A DNA stretch of 64,000 nt, from assembly GCA_951406725.2 (NCBI GenBank), contig OX597815.1, positions 70,928,001 to 70,992,000 of the forward strand. The letters are read 5' to 3'. Both the position numbers and the translations under genes were made by a program. The DNA is from Octopus vulgaris (Eukaryota). The notes under the pieces were generated by a model that was not told the DNA's origin, did not search any database, and was given only the letters and a program-made list of their open reading frames with translations. The first letter of the stretch is position 1, and every line of letters starts with the position of its first letter. Positions 26,380 to 40,944 of this stretch are shown one piece after another.

Positions 26380-26850
26380 ATCAAAATATTCTCAATACTG
26401 ACATTTTGTCCCTGAACGATATAAACGGCTACCGTTGAGTCAACGGACAAAAGGGGATTACCAGTAAAATTGAAGCGAAATAGCTTGAAATATTAATGGA
26501 AATCGTGCTGTTCTCTTTGTGTTTGGCAGTCGCTAATCTCTTGCGCTAAGACACTCGTTTTATTTCAATAATATATTGAAGAGAAATATAGAATTACATT
26601 AACTCTATGACTCGGTTTTATCTTACATTTTGCCAAGAATAAATAAATAAAGTAAGAAATATATTCCGAAAAAGCACTTGATTTGCAGAATTGCTTGAAG
26701 ACCATCAAATGAAAAGTAGATATTTGTAATTTGTAATTTGATTTGGCTTCCGGTGGAAATTATTTAAATGTTCGTATCAAATAATGATCTTGTATTATGA
26801 CATTTTAACTGTTGTACATAACGTTAGGATTATCTTTCCAAACATCCGTT
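26380..26850 (+). mobile_element. Possible very old hAT transposase remnant
   Basis: Weak matches: LSLNDINGYR*VNGQKGITSKI, NRAVLFVFGS, MILYYDILTVVHNV. Confidence 0.3.
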
Positions 26851-27082
26851 GAATACTTGTAAAGGATATTGGTGAAAACGAAGCAACAATAATTTATTCT
26901 GGAAAATTTCCAATTCGTCCTCCGCTAAATTTTCCTAATACCGATAAGGTAGTTGAAATAATTTATCAAATGGTTTACAATTGTTTATAACAATTGCAAC
27001 TGGCAACAATATACTTGGAAAATTAATTGTTTTTTTCTTATTATTTTCACTTATAAATTCCCAAGACATTGCGACTGTGTGA

Positions 27083-27330
27083 AGGTACATGACCTAGTGG
27101 TTACAATGTTGCATCACGATCGCAAGATAGTGGTTTCGATTCCACGACCAGGCGGTGTGTTACGTTCTTGTGCAAAATTACTTCATTTCAGTTGCTTCAG
27201 TTCAGACAACTGTAGATGAGTAACCCTGAATCCGACTGGCGTCACGTTCAGAAGGATTGTTGTGATCTCGGTCATTTATGCATCGTAGAAACCAGGTAAC
27301 AGGCTGTACGCGTCCTTGGACGCGAGACAA
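27083..27330 (+). mobile_element. SINE family C
   Basis: TAGTGGTTA..GGTTTCGATTCC tRNA-like head; TAGAAACCAGGTAAC tail. Confidence 0.65.
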
Positions 27331-27900
27331 TAATATCCGAGAGAGACTTGCTTATTGTATTACAACTGCACCCATTTCCATAGCTACCGATGTCTCTACG
27401 TGCTATGGTTCATTGTCAATAAATTACTACATGTATTTTGATGTCTTATCCTTCTCTGGATACGTTTTCATGAGCTAAAGTAGTGTAGTGTACAGAGCAA
27501 GACTCTAAACAACATCATGGTTGAGATATTTCTTAACAGGAAACCAATGGTGGCACTAATACACACACACACGCGCGCGCACACACTCACACACACTCTA
27601 AAAATAGGACAAAGAAATCCTTTAACATACTTTCAAAGATCAGTTACAAATGTTTCTCTACCGACTCTGCTTACAACGCCAGCTTACGCAAAAATTTAAT
27701 CTGAATTTGACGCAGCATTTGCGGTTTTAAATATTACAGTGGTACTTAATCAGACTTGCATCAACGGTGCACTTTTACATTGTGCGTTTTCCAGATATAT
27801 ATACGTGCATACACACACACACACACACACTTCACATATATATATAAATGTATATATAAATGTATATACTTGAATGCATGTATTCACTACATTTTATCCT

Positions 27901-27944
<44 letters not shown>

Positions 27945-28082
27945 TGTGCATATATATAATCATATATATGTGTGTATGTGTAATGGTTTCGCTTGAGCAG
28001 ACCGATCCTAATAACCTGTGGTTAGAGCTCATATACATATGCTTTAGAGTAAAATGCTATGCGAGTACAGAGTAAAATAATG

Positions 28083-28295
28083 GTTTGAAATTTTGGCACA
28101 AGGCCACCAAATTCGGGGGAGGGTGCCAGTCGATTACATCGATCCCAGTGTTCAATTAGTACTTATTTCATCGGCGTTGAGAGAATGAAAGTCAAAGGTG
28201 ACTTCGACGGAATTTGAACTTACGGCGTAAAAACGAATGAAATGCCGCTAAGCATTTTGCCTGGCGTGCTAACGATTCTGCTTGCTCGCCGCCTT
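28083..28295 (-). mobile_element. SINE family A
   Basis: Full reverse match to family A. Confidence 0.8.
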
Positions 28296-28576
28296 GGTAA
28301 TATTAATACTACACCGAGCGTAATATTAATTACTGAATAATAAGGGAACAGGAGTTACGAAATCAAATATGTTTAATTTGTAGTTGTTTCAGTTATGAGA
28401 TGTAGTGCATTCAGAGCCTAGTGCATTGTGCACCACCTTATAGCTACTCGGTAGCTATAACATTACGGTAGAATTTCATTTTACATTCATCATCAACGTG
28501 GTGGTGATGATGATGATATATGTGTGTGTGTGTATGTGTGTATGTGCGTGTATGTGTGTGTGTTTATGTGTGTCCG

Positions 28577-28614
<38 letters not shown>

Positions 28615-28994
28615 GTGATTGTGCTTTATTAGGTTCTTCCACAGGCACGAGATTGTAAATTACCATAGGAAGGTGCGACTGATTGAATCAACGGTAGTCT
28701 AATGATTACAGTTAATTTCATTGAAAATATGGAATACAAAAAGGGACAAAACTAATTTCTGTTTTACATTCAATTCGGCGTTCAGCCGTTTCTTCTATTC
28801 CACCCTCACCCACTCTGCAAGTGTGTTAGTGTGTTTATATGTGTGCTTTTTGTATGCGTGCTTGTGTGTGATCTTTTATCTTCTATTTTCTCCCTCACAA
28901 ATGTGTGGTCTTGTACCTAATTTCTACATACATTCATACATTCATGCAGGCATACGAGCATGCCTATATACTACCAACATACGTACATCCATCT

Positions 28995-29082
<88 letters not shown>

Positions 29083-29462
29083 ACATACATACATACATAC
29101 ATACATACATACTTGCACACACATACACACAAAGACATACACACGTACCACACACACACACACACACACACACTCACAAAAACAGAAACACACACACATA
29201 TAATGTTCATACAAATACGTGCGTGACCGCAGATGAACAAAACAGTTCATGCACATATATTTTTAATAACATACCTATAGATATTTCGCTTTTTAATTTT
29301 GATGGATATATTCTGTGTGTGTGTGTCTGTGTGTCTGTGTGTGTGTCTATGTGTGTGTGTGTGTGTGTCTGTCTCTCTATGTACACAACTTTATATATGT
29401 GTGTATGTATGTATGCATGTATATATATATGTATATATATGTATGTATGTATATATATATAT

Positions 29463-29807
29463 ATATAAGAAGAAAAAGAAAATGGAGGTTGGGAAATTTA
29501 TAATTGTTTATTATTAACAGCTATTTTTTATCATCATCCCTTACAGCTGTTTCAATTAATACTAAGTAAATATTAAGTAAATATTAAATTTATATGACCT
29601 GAGTATAGTATCTTCAGAGGGAAAAAACATTCCCTTGGATGTTTTATATATGTTTATGGATTCATCATAGCAGGCTGAATGATCATTCAGTTTGGTATGA
29701 GAGATGATGATCAATTTGTTATAAGCTGGTAAGAGATGATGATTAGTTTGCTGTTAATAATAAACATTTATAAATTTCCCAATCTCCATTTTTTCCTTCT
29801 TTTATAT
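29463..29807. mobile_element. Fold-back element with ~85-bp imperfect inverted arms containing an HHR
   Basis: ATGGAGGTTGGGAAATTTATAA..TTATTAACAGC vs GCTGTTAATAATAAACA..TAAATTTCCCAATCTCCAT; abuts (TA)n. Confidence 0.75.
29537..29622 (-). ncRNA. Type I hammerhead ribozyme motif
   Basis: TCCCT-CTGAAGA-[imperfect stem II]-GAAA-CAGCTG-TA-AGGGA. Confidence 0.75.
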
Positions 29808-29913
29808 GAATAGAAACTATATGATTTATATACGTAAACCTATTATTTTAAGGAAATTAATTTCCCCAAAATACTAGGTATTGAACAAATATTTCCTTGA
29901 TGAAACCATCCCT

Positions 29914-30290
29914 TCATGAGGTTAACACAACTTCTAATCGAAGTATATATAAACACACACGCGTAAACCATATTTTCTCGCGTATAAAGCGCAACCCCAA
30001 TTTAGTGTTTAATCTTGGTACAATTTCTTTTCCTTTCATCGTATTAGTTTTGCCCTGTTGGTTAATCAGTCGTATCGCAGATTTTTTCCAGTTAAAATCA
30101 AATAATAAATGTGATTTATACACGAGCGAATACGGAATATCATACCAAATTCTAGAGTCTACTCTGAGCTCCACTCTTACCTAGGCTGTTTCCTTTGATA
30201 TAATAAATAAACGTCTATCCATCCCCACTACCTGGTTTGATCGAGTTCTATGTAAAATATAATATGAAATATTTTACATAAGACAGATTC
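29914..30290 (-). mobile_element. Possible degenerate PLE thumb/linker fragment
   Basis: IWYDIPYSL resembles IIWFNPPYS of Naiad-like PLEs; lies upstream of the minus-strand HHR. Confidence 0.35.
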
Positions 30291-30500
30291 ATAAATTTAA
30301 CTGGTGTTACATTTCATATATCGTCTATCTTTGAGGTATACTATATTTTGAAACGGAATACGTCTTTAAGTATTTAAAGGGGTCTCCCTTCGATGCAGTA
30401 CCGCAGCTTCGCAGCTTTTAACTATGCACATACATTACGTATGTCATACTGATAATGTATGTGATATTCACATTATCTATATAGCTATATATCTATATTG

Positions 30501-30590
<90 letters not shown>

Positions 30591-30608
30591 GTCTGTCTGT
30601 CTGTCTAC

Positions 30609-30660
<52 letters not shown>

Positions 30661-30836
30661 TTATTTATCTATCTATCTACCTATCTATCTATCTATCTAT
30701 CTATCATCTATATATCTATATATGTATATCCATACATACAAACATACATATAAATAAACACGCACACACACACACACACACACGCACACATGTATAACAC
30801 ATACTTACATACACACACACCCACCAACACACACAC

Positions 30837-30875
<39 letters not shown>

Positions 30876-31511
30876 AATGTTCACTTCGTATATCTGTATA
30901 TGATTATAGATATTTACTCAGTTTTATTGTAACCATATTTCAATTTGCATTGCCTATTTGTCCAGTAATGCTTCTCTTGGCTGTGTTCTACATAGATGCA
31001 CCTAAGCACTATGTAACTATCACTTCTATTATAGATAAAACGATCAATAATTTTCTTTTTAGTTTTTACCTTAGCAACACACTTCTCTCTACTGCAGATT
31101 GGAATCGTTAAAGACACAGAAGAATGTCTTGTGATGCTTACTTACCATATTGCAATAGAAGTAAAAATACCGGAATGGAAAGCAAGAATTATTACGAAAG
31201 CACTAAACATTAATATTTAATCAAGTTTGTCTGTAATTATTCAACTGCTAAATCCAGTAGCGCCTTCTGTCTAGAGAATGATTTTGAAGACAGCTAGACC
31301 TAAAAGATATTAGAAATGTTTAAAACCGAGAGGAATATTATAAATGTCACTAATTTAAATGGAAATAATTTCACTGAATATTACTGTAATGGTTTAGTAA
31401 ATGATTCGATTAGTTAAGACTTAAATAATCATAATGAAAATATTGATGATGATGATGATGACGACGACAACGGCGACGATGACAATAATAATAATAATAA
31501 CAATAATGATG

Positions 31512-31576
<65 letters not shown>

Positions 31577-31577
<1 letters not shown>

Positions 31578-31723
31578 GGAGTGGCTGTGTGGTAAGTAGC
31601 TTGCTTACGAGCCACATGGTTATGGGTTCAGTCCCACTGCGTGACACCTTAGGCAAGTGTCTTCTACTTTAGCCGCGGGCCTTGTGATTGGATTTGGTAG
31701 ACAGAAACAGAAAGAAGCCTGTC
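31577..31723 (+). mobile_element. SINE family B, head half
   Basis: AGGAGTGGCTGTGTGGTAAG..GGGTTCAGTCCCACTGCG. Confidence 0.8.
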
Positions 31724-31726
31724 GTA

Positions 31727-31832
<106 letters not shown>

Positions 31833-31895
31833 TCCCGGGTTGATTCGGGTTAACCACAGTAAGTAAGGTACTCAATACATAGCAGAGTAAAATTA

Positions 31896-32019
31896 ATTTA
31901 TTATATAGAAGGAGCTTCTACAGGACTAGTACTGTTTCATTCAAGAGAAATCTTCAGGAAGCTCTGCTTCCTGAAGATTTCTCTTGAATGAAACAGTTAG
32001 TCTGTACTCCTTCTATATA

Positions 32020-32025
<6 letters not shown>
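31896..32025. repeat. 130-bp near-perfect palindrome made of two opposed HHR copies
   Basis: ACTGTTTCATTCAAGAGAAATCTTCAGGAAGC-TCT-GCTTCCTGAAGATTTCTCTTGAATGAAACAGT, plus outer ATTTATTATATAGAAGGAG / CTCCTTCTATATAATAAAT. Confidence 0.9.
31914..31962 (-). ncRNA. Minimal type I hammerhead ribozyme motif (49 nt)
   Basis: GCTTC-CTGAAGA-TTTCTCTTGAAT-GAAA-CAG-TACTAGTC-CTG-TA-GAAGC. Confidence 0.8.
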
Positions 32026-32073
<48 letters not shown>

Positions 32074-32189
32074 GTGTGTGTGTGTACAAAATCTGTGAAC
32101 ACAATGATGCTGTATTTTTGAAACAGCACAACTCCCAGATCTCAGATTATCCTGACCAACATGGGCTCAAGCCATCGCCTAACACTTGT

Positions 32190-32550
32190 TTTCCAATCTA
32201 CAGAGGCATGCTTCGAGTAGGAATATCAATAAAAGACATAAAAAAATATGACATACCTAGTAAGCTATGACAATACCATCTGGTAAAAGCATGCCTGCCA
32301 AGGAGTATGATAAACTTGCTAAATATAAAGGCATAGAGATCGAAATAAACAGGAAATGGCACTACGGGGTCATAAAGAAAACATTGGCTTCCTTGAAAGA
32401 TTCCCGGAAAAACTAGCGTATAGGAAATCCAGAATATAGTTCTAAACAAGATGGCTCACAACCTACGTTAGTTCTTGTCCTTGCAATCTATATTCTGAAC
32501 CTATATTTTCGTCTCTCTATTATTGCTTGCGCAGATATTTGTTATCTTGC
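32190..32550 (+). mobile_element. R4/Dong-type LINE extreme 3' fragment
   Basis: KEYDKLAKYKGIEIEI..IPGK..EIQNIVL..AHNLR, followed by (GAT)n(AAT)n. Confidence 0.7.
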
Positions 32551-32577
32551 CCATATCAACTAATGATGATGATGATA

Positions 32578-32630
<53 letters not shown>

Positions 32631-32643
32631 AATGATGATGATG

Positions 32644-32992
<349 letters not shown>

Positions 32993-33360
32993 GAGACACG
33001 GCATACATTGTGATAGAATGCCCCAAGTTGGCACAAGAAGAATATAAGAAATGACGGCACGACCAAATTGTAAAAGTTTTACACTGAAAACTGTGCCAGA
33101 ATAAGGATTTGAAGCTGTTATAATCTAATCATCAAGTCGAAAGAGTACTGGAGTCGGAGAAATGTAAGATTTTTTGAGACTTTCATATTCAAACGGATAA
33201 GAAGTTAGAAAATAATAGACCAGACATAATTATAGATAAGGAAAAGTGAAGTTACTTACTTATCGACCCATCATGCCCGTTTGATTCCAGAGTTGTAAAG
33301 AAAGAGGAAGAAAAAATACAACCCTTTAAAATTTGAAACAGGAAGAATTTGGAGCAAATA
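32993..33360 (+). mobile_element. R4/Dong-type LINE RLE fragment
   Basis: ECPKLAQEEYK..RHDQI..DFHIQTDKKLENNRPDII..LIDPSCPFD. Confidence 0.85.
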
Positions 33361-33699
33361 ACCACAAAATCGAAATTTTACCGCCATACAAAGCACAGTT
33401 TCCTCCATGCTTGATGTCCCTGAAACGTCAAAATAAACATCGGAAAGTTTGCAAACTATAAAATATAAGTGAAAAAAACCCCAACAAAACCAGTGAGTAC
33501 GTAAATTGAGTAATTACTGTCATGTATACATATTAATACCCATAGGGCTATGCATACACCCCAATGTTTACACAACTACCAGAAATTTACACGACACACA
33601 TACACAATTTGAAAGCATGTGTCAGAAACGAAGCAAAACAATAACAAAACGCAGGCAATGTGAACAATCCCTAAGCTTAAAATACTACAGAGAAACTAT

Positions 33700-36600
33700 G
33701 CCCAGAGTTAAATGTGTCAGCAAAAAAAAAGTCGAATACCGTTCTGTTAGCCTTATGAAACTACGTTATGAGCAAAGTTTTCAATCAAAGAACTCGGAGG
33801 CGGTGTTGTCTCAAAAAGTTAACGCTAAACTGACAGATCTGTCCCCCAATGGTAACATCCAAACTCTTCGTGTCTCAATGTTAACAAAGCAAAATTCACA
33901 TCGGATCCGCCCTCACACGGGTCAACAAGGACTGCGCACCTCAGTGAGGAACCACACTAGGGGTTAAAAATCAGATACTGGTTCAAATCTTCTCGGAACA
34001 CAGGAGGTGGAAGTATCCCACAATTATTTCAACAGATGGCCACCCACGCGCATCATCAAATAATTAAAAGAAATGGAATGAAAAATGGTCCAGGAAAGAA
34101 AATAAAGAAGTTCTTAAGGCCTTCTATCGTACCAACATTTTCCCACAAATAAATCCAACTTAAACTGGAAAGAGAAGCACCTTGAAGTGAGATACTACAC
34201 AGATAGTAACAAGCTTGCCAACGTCAGAAGAAACATTATAAAAAAGTAATTACTGACTGAAGTAGAGATTCAGTAAGGGATTAAAGGATCGAAGGTGCAG
34301 CTAAAGAAGACTACTGAAGAAATAATTTTCATCAACCCAGGTTTGATGAAATTACAGTAATGATAGAAAGAGTCACTGTAACTGATAAAGCAATAATACT
34401 TTCTGAAACAGCCATAAATATCAAGAAAGATGAAAATCAAATAGATGATAAAAGTCACTCAGAAATTGATCCAATAGAACTAGATGATCTAAAAAATCAA
34501 ATCATGACTGAATGGCTAAAATTTAAGAAACCAGTATGAATGAACGTGACACTCTCCCAAAAATTCGCAACTCTAACCAAACCTGAAAGTAATTGGTAAA
34601 ACCCGCCTTGCACTTAAAGATATAATCTTAGGCAATGGTGTTGACAGTATAGATCTCAACCACCTGTACCATGCATCCGCTATGATCTCAACAATTCTAT
34701 ATGGTGAAAAGATTAGTAAACGACAACATTCCCACAAAAGCCTATTTGGCAAGAGCGTATCCAACAAATTCTGCTACTTAGGTCTGACATAGAATGTTTA
34801 AAAAACTTTAAGTCTGACAAGAACACCAAGCCAACAAATATCCGAGAATTAAAGAAAAAGTAGAATGTAAAATCCATACTAGACATTGATACTACTATAG
34901 CAACTATTAAGCAAAGAGTATCTGCACGTACAGCACGGTATGAAAAGCGCGCTAGGTTCTTCAAGTTTTTACAGGAAGATAGACAAAATATCAGTTACAG
35001 TAAAGTCTGTCCCATCAAAAGAAGAAGCGCAAGAATTTTGGAATAAAATTTGGGCAGAAAAACAAATACAGCATAATAAATAGGCTCCTTGGGTTGATAG
35101 AATATCTACTGATTCAGCTTCCTTAGAAGTGGGAGGGTATCAAAGTAGAAGATGTAAGATCTGATCTCTCTCAAGAAATCAAGTAAATGGAATTCTCCAT
35201 GAAAGAATAAAATTCCTAACATTTGGTTGAACGCTTTCTCAGACAGTTATGAACTGCTGATAAGACTTTAGAACAATGTTTTGCAGCAACCTAATACGAT
35301 TCCCTATTTTGGCTATTTAATGAAGAAACAAATGAACCAAAAAAATATAAACCCATAACCTGCTTAACAACAATGTATAAAATACTAACATCTTTCTTGA
35401 CTGAATACACGTATAACTTTTTAATAGAAAGTGGCAGCTTCCCTAATGAGCAAAAAGGATGTAAACGGGGGTCCTATAATTGTAAAGATCAGCTACTCAT
35501 CAATAAGACTATTTTGGAAGATAGTCACAAATTACACGAAAACTTATCACTAGCCTGGATAGACTAATGCATTTTATAGTCTACCACATAGCTGGATTGA
35601 AAAATGTTTCGAAATTTATAAGATAGTACCTACTCTGCGAAAATTCTTATCTGTAAGTATGAGATCATGGAAACCAACACTGACATTGAATAGTGACAAT
35701 GAATCTTTCAATACTGGGGATGTAAGAATTTCATGTGACATTTTCTCTATCAACACTCCTCTTTCGCCTAGCCTTAATACCTATTTCGAAATTGTTTGAT
35801 GATGTACAATATGGTTATAAAATTTTTTATAAAAATATAAATCATCCCTTTTACATGGATGATTTAAAGCGCTTTTCAAAAAATTAACAACAGCTACAGG
35901 ATTTACTGGCAATTGTAAAATAGTTCGGTGATGACATCAGGATGGAATTTGACCTAAATAAATGTACAAAAGCTACTTTTATCAGAGGGAAAAACATTGA
36001 AACATCCAACATTAACCCTGAACAACAGAATGCTATAAAAGAGAGTTACAAATACCTAGGGGTATTTGAAAGTGATGGAATAAAACATTCAATGATGAGG
36101 GAAAAGATCAGAAAAGAATGTTAACGCAGGGTTATGGCGATACTCAAGACAGAGCTGAACGCAAGAAACAGGATCGAAGCGATCAATGCTTTAGCCATAC
36201 CGGTCGTGGCTTACAGTTTCAACATTATTAACCCGTCAATTACTGAAATCTGTAAACTTGACAGAAAAATACGAAAATTGTTGACAATGTATAGAATGTA
36301 CCACCCTGAGGCATATATTAAATGGCTATACCTACCAAGAAAAGAGGGTGGCCGTGGACTTTTACAACTGGAATTGACAATGAAGATTGCCACAATTGGT
36401 CAAAACACCTACCTGAAAAACTCTGATGATTGGATGTTAAAACTTGTCTTAAAGTATGAAAACAAGGAAACAGCATACTCAGTAATAAATCAGGCAAAGA
36501 AATATCTAAGTGAATTCCAGATACAACAAATCTCAGAATTAGAGGTACTAGAAACAAGCACAGAAAAAGCTAAACGTATGAAAAACTTGTTAAAACTGCT

Positions 36601-37681
36601 TCTTTAGATATTCTTAATGAAAACTGGCTAGAAATACCTCTCAATGGCAAATACCCAAAAGAGAATTAGTAATGCTGATATTGATAAAGTCCTTACCCAT
36701 CAATGGTTAGTGTCTTCTGGCTCAAAATCAGAGACAGAAGGGTTTATCCTGACAGCTCAAGATCAATACCTACTTAAAAGAAGCTACCAGGCCAACATCT
36801 TGAAGAACGACAGTAGCCCAACATGTCGTGTACGTAAACAACAAAATGAAATCATCGATCATGCTGTCTTCATGTGCAGCCTTCTTGCGCCTACAAAGTA
36901 TCTCAACAGGCATGATAGAACAGCACAATATCTTCACTGGGTAATTTGTAAAGTCTTGAATCTACCCCGATAAAAACTGGTGGGATCACAAACCACCTCC
37001 AGTTCTTGAAAATGATCACATTTCACTCCTTTGGAACTTTACTATTCAAACTGACAGAAAAATAGATGCAAATAGGCCAGACATTGCATTGAAAGATTCA
37101 GACAAAAATCATGCCTCTCCATCGATATGACTGCCCCAGTCGACATAAATGTATCTGTCACGACTCACCAAAAACTGAGCAAGTAGAAAAATTTTGAAAT
37201 AGAAATTGGAAAAATGTGGAAACTCAAGACTAAAACAATAGCTGTTGTCATAGGCATCCTAGGAATGATAGCAAAAAGGGCTGATTGCTACCTGTCCCAG
37301 ATACCAAGAAATCCCAAAATGGAAGAAATTATAAGAATAGTGCTCATGGGAACTGCTCATATCTTAAGAAAAATATTGTCTATGTAATCCCTAAAACATT
37401 TTAATCTGTAAACAGTATCAAAATACTTTTAAATGTACATAATAACAAACACCTTTTACTGTCATCTTAACATCAGACTATCATCTTACCATCAAATTAC
37501 TTTTAAAACAAACTTCTAATTTTCTTGTTTTCACAGACGTTCTCTGGAACAATACTTTATGCAAAGCCAAAAATAGGGTACCCTAATCATAACACCAGCT
37601 TGAGCTTCTAATCTGTTGTCTCTTGAGGTTTTTGGGTGAGACTTGGAGTCAACTTGTACAAATATAAAGCAAAAGCCAAAC

Positions 37682-37683
<2 letters not shown>
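33700..37683 (+). mobile_element. Near full-length degenerate R4/Dong-type RLE LINE
   Basis: RT motifs YKPITCL, EQKGC..CKDQLLINK, AWID, FYMDDLK, YKYLG; CRV..DH..C knuckle, RHD, RPDI; ends in (TAA)n; 5' boundary uncertain. Confidence 0.92.
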
Positions 37684-37761
<78 letters not shown>

Positions 37762-37995
37762 TCTATTTCTTTATTACCCATAAGGGGCTAAACATAGAAG
37801 GGACAAACAAAGACAGATATAGGTATAAAGTCGATTACATCGACCCCAGTGCGTAACTGGTACTTAATTTATCGACCCCGAAAGGATGAAAGGCAAAGTC
37901 GACCTCAGCGGAATTTGAACTCACAACGTGACGAAAGACGAAATACCGCTAAGCATTTCGCTTGGCGTGCTAACGATCCTGCTAGCTCCCCGCCT

Positions 37996-37996
<1 letters not shown>
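37762..37996 (-). mobile_element. SINE family A (variant tail)
   Basis: CGACCCCGAAAGGATGAAAGGCAAAGTCGACCTC..; lies between (TAA)n and (TAC)n. Confidence 0.85.
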
Positions 37997-38084
<88 letters not shown>

Positions 38085-38109
38085 ATAATAATAATAATAA
38101 TAATAATCA

Positions 38110-39488
38110 ATGAACTAGATACGATACAACTCACACAAATGAAAGAGAAGATAAGAAAAGAATACTATAGACGAGTTAGATTAATACTGAAAACAGAGCT
38201 CAATGCGAAAAATAAGATAATAGGTGTCAACATTCTAGCAGTCCCAGTTATAAGTTACAGATACAATATTCTTTATTGGACTCTAAATGAACTAATCAAA
38301 ATAGACAGGAAAACAAGAAAAATAATGACAGGATTTAGGATGCACCATCCAAAATCTGACATAAAAAAGTTATATAGACAACACTTCGAAGGTGGTAGGG
38401 GACTTATACAGCTTGCAAACTATTACAAAATAACCACCATAGGACTACAGAAATAGCTACTTCAGAAGCAAGGAAAACTAGTACAAATAGCCACAAAACA
38501 CAAAGAAAACAAAGTCTGTTTTCAGTCTTTAAGGAAGCTGAGAAATACATAAAAGAAATCATAGTTCCAAACAACTGCGAAGAAAAAGAAGAAACAACAA
38601 AAGCTGTAAAGCAACTGAAATACAAACTAAAACTGGAACAGCAACGGATCATGATAAAACAATGGCAATAAAAGCCCTTTCATGGCAAATACTGGGTTAA
38701 ACTAAACAGAGAAAAAATAGACAAAGCAGAATCCCAATAATGGCTGAGAAACTCAGGTGTCAAAGCAGAGACTGAAGGATTTTTAATTGCAGCGCAAGAT
38801 CAAATCTTTATCAAAAACATGTAATGAAAAGATATGGCAAGTACCTGCAGAATATGTGGAGATTGAGAGGAAACAATAAATCATATTGTCTCTGGCTGTC
38901 CAGTCCTGGCTAAGAAGGAATATATTCACAGACATGACAGAGTTGGGACCTATATACACTGGAAGCTATGCCAACACTATGGAATAACAACAGAAAAAAG
39001 AAGGTATAGACACACGCCAGAAAAGGTCACAAAAAATTAGATAACAACCATACTCTGGGATATGCCAATACACACAAATAGAGAAATTAAGGCCAATAAA
39101 CCGGATATAGTTGTCAGAGATAACCAAGAAAAAATGCTTTCTAATCGATGTATCAATACCGATAGATGACAATTTTTCTCTGAAAGAAACGGAGAAACTT
39201 TCAAAATACAAAGACCTGGAAATAGAAGTAACTCGAACGTGGAGTCTAAAAACAGAAACAATTCCTATCATAGTAGGCACATTAGGTATAATAAAAAATA
39301 TTCAGACAAATACATAACAAAAACACCAGGACTAACAAGTATATATAACATACAGAAAATAGCACTACTGGGCACCACCCACACACTTCCTATGTAAAAC
39401 GCTTTTAATACAGTAAAAATAAGAGCATCACAAACCAGAGCGCATACCTAAGGCACAGAGAAATGCGCTCGGTAGTGCAGCGAAAGCA

Positions 39489-39489
<1 letters not shown>
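38110..39489 (+). mobile_element. R4/Dong-type RLE LINE, 5'-truncated
   Basis: KEYYRRVRLILKTELNAKNK, EGGRGL, CRICG..ETINHIVSGC, RHD, NKPDIVV..IDVSIP; (TAA)n on both sides. Confidence 0.92.
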
Positions 39490-39549
<60 letters not shown>

Positions 39550-39552
<3 letters not shown>

Positions 39553-40090
39553 GCCCTGATGCAGTACCAGGGCAGTGGCTTTCATGGTTTCTCATCATAA
39601 CTGATTGGAAGTGTTATCATTCACATTGTTTTGTCATGGTATAGAAGATGACCTACACCAAATATTCTGCTCAATACCACAGTTTGACTATAACCAGTTG
39701 AGCATGTCCCTTAGTGGCTGACGATATGCGCATCTCTGATCACGAGCAGAAGTAGTGGGGGAGCATCATAGCCATGTGTTGAGAAGTATTCTTTGGGGTT
39801 TGGATAATTCACCTTTGGAAACATGCGTGTTTCATTCAACATCCTTAAGCAATCCTTATTCAGGGACCTTTTGAGTGGGTGGGCTACTCGACCTGAAAAA
39901 AATTCTAACTGGCCTTCACCTGCAAGGTCATGTGCTGTTTATCTTGATATGAGATCACCATGTCGCGCACATATGGTTGTGATACATGTCCCTGTGTACC
40001 CTTATCAGACGGGTAACCATGATGTATATACTAGGCTTCCTATATTTTTACCTCAGTGTCACTTTGATAGCATGCACTGCTCTCTCACTC
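39550..40090. mobile_element. Non-coding ~540-bp repeat family, full copy 2
   Basis: AATGCCCTGATGCAGTACC...CTCTCTCACTC, flanked by (TAA)n and (CAA)n. Confidence 0.88.
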
Positions 40091-40184
40091 AGTAACAACA
40101 ACAACAACAACGATGCTTCTAAACGAGTGATGACAATATCCAATAATAATCACAACTGCGTTAACGGGACCGGAACTGTTAATA

Positions 40185-40940
40185 ATGAAGTTGTCGCGTG
40201 CGGCATGCAAGGAGTGTTTGATTAAGCTCCGGCAGGTCGTCAGCAAGCCACTGATCAGGACCAGAATCAAAGTCGAAAATGGAAAAGAAAAAAAAGAAAT
40301 TAAATGGGAAAAAGAAATAAACAAAATCGTAATTGAATGCTGGTTGAGAAATGAGCCAAATAAAAGAGGCTCCATAAAACAAATGGGATGAAAAAGAGAT
40401 TTGTGAAGTATCCCCCCAGCGTTTGATAGACCAGACAAGGGCAATTCGTATGAACGACTGGATTACAGGATTAGAGGTAGAAAAAATTCGGAGAAGAATA
40501 ACAGAGCAGGAAAAAGGTGAAGCAACAGTTGCAGAAAGTGGTAACGAAGAGGTAAAAGATGTAAAATATGAAAAAGAAGGAAATCACGAAGAGAAGGAGA
40601 TTCTATAAATGCTGCGAATTAAAATGTGTGATGAGAACAATGAAGTACCACCAAATGTGAGATATATGGACAGAGGGAAAGTAAGGAGAACCATAGGCAA
40701 AGCAAATGACGTTTTGAGCTTGGTTAAAACAGAAAACGTTTGTGAAACAAACCAGCTAATCATAGCTGCTTCTAATGTAGGATAAAAGCGGAAAATTGAA
40801 AGGAAAAGAACAGAAAGAACCAAGCTGGAGGAAGAGAATATGAATGAAGTTGAAAAAAGACATAGAAAGAACTGGGTCAATTGAATAGGATAATGTGAGG
40901 AGAGCTCAAGAATGAAGTTGTAATCAGAAAATTGAATGAA
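40185..40940 (+). mobile_element. R4/Dong-type LINE N-terminal fragment
   Basis: IKWEKEINKIVIECW..DQTRAIRMNDWITGLEVEKIRR resembles the N-terminus at ~34070-34270. Confidence 0.65.
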
Positions 40941-40944
40941 CAGT

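Noticed and set aside
39550-39612. HDV-like ribozyme at the start of the 540-bp element
   Set aside because: Only simple hairpins could be drawn; no P1.1/P4 nested pseudoknot
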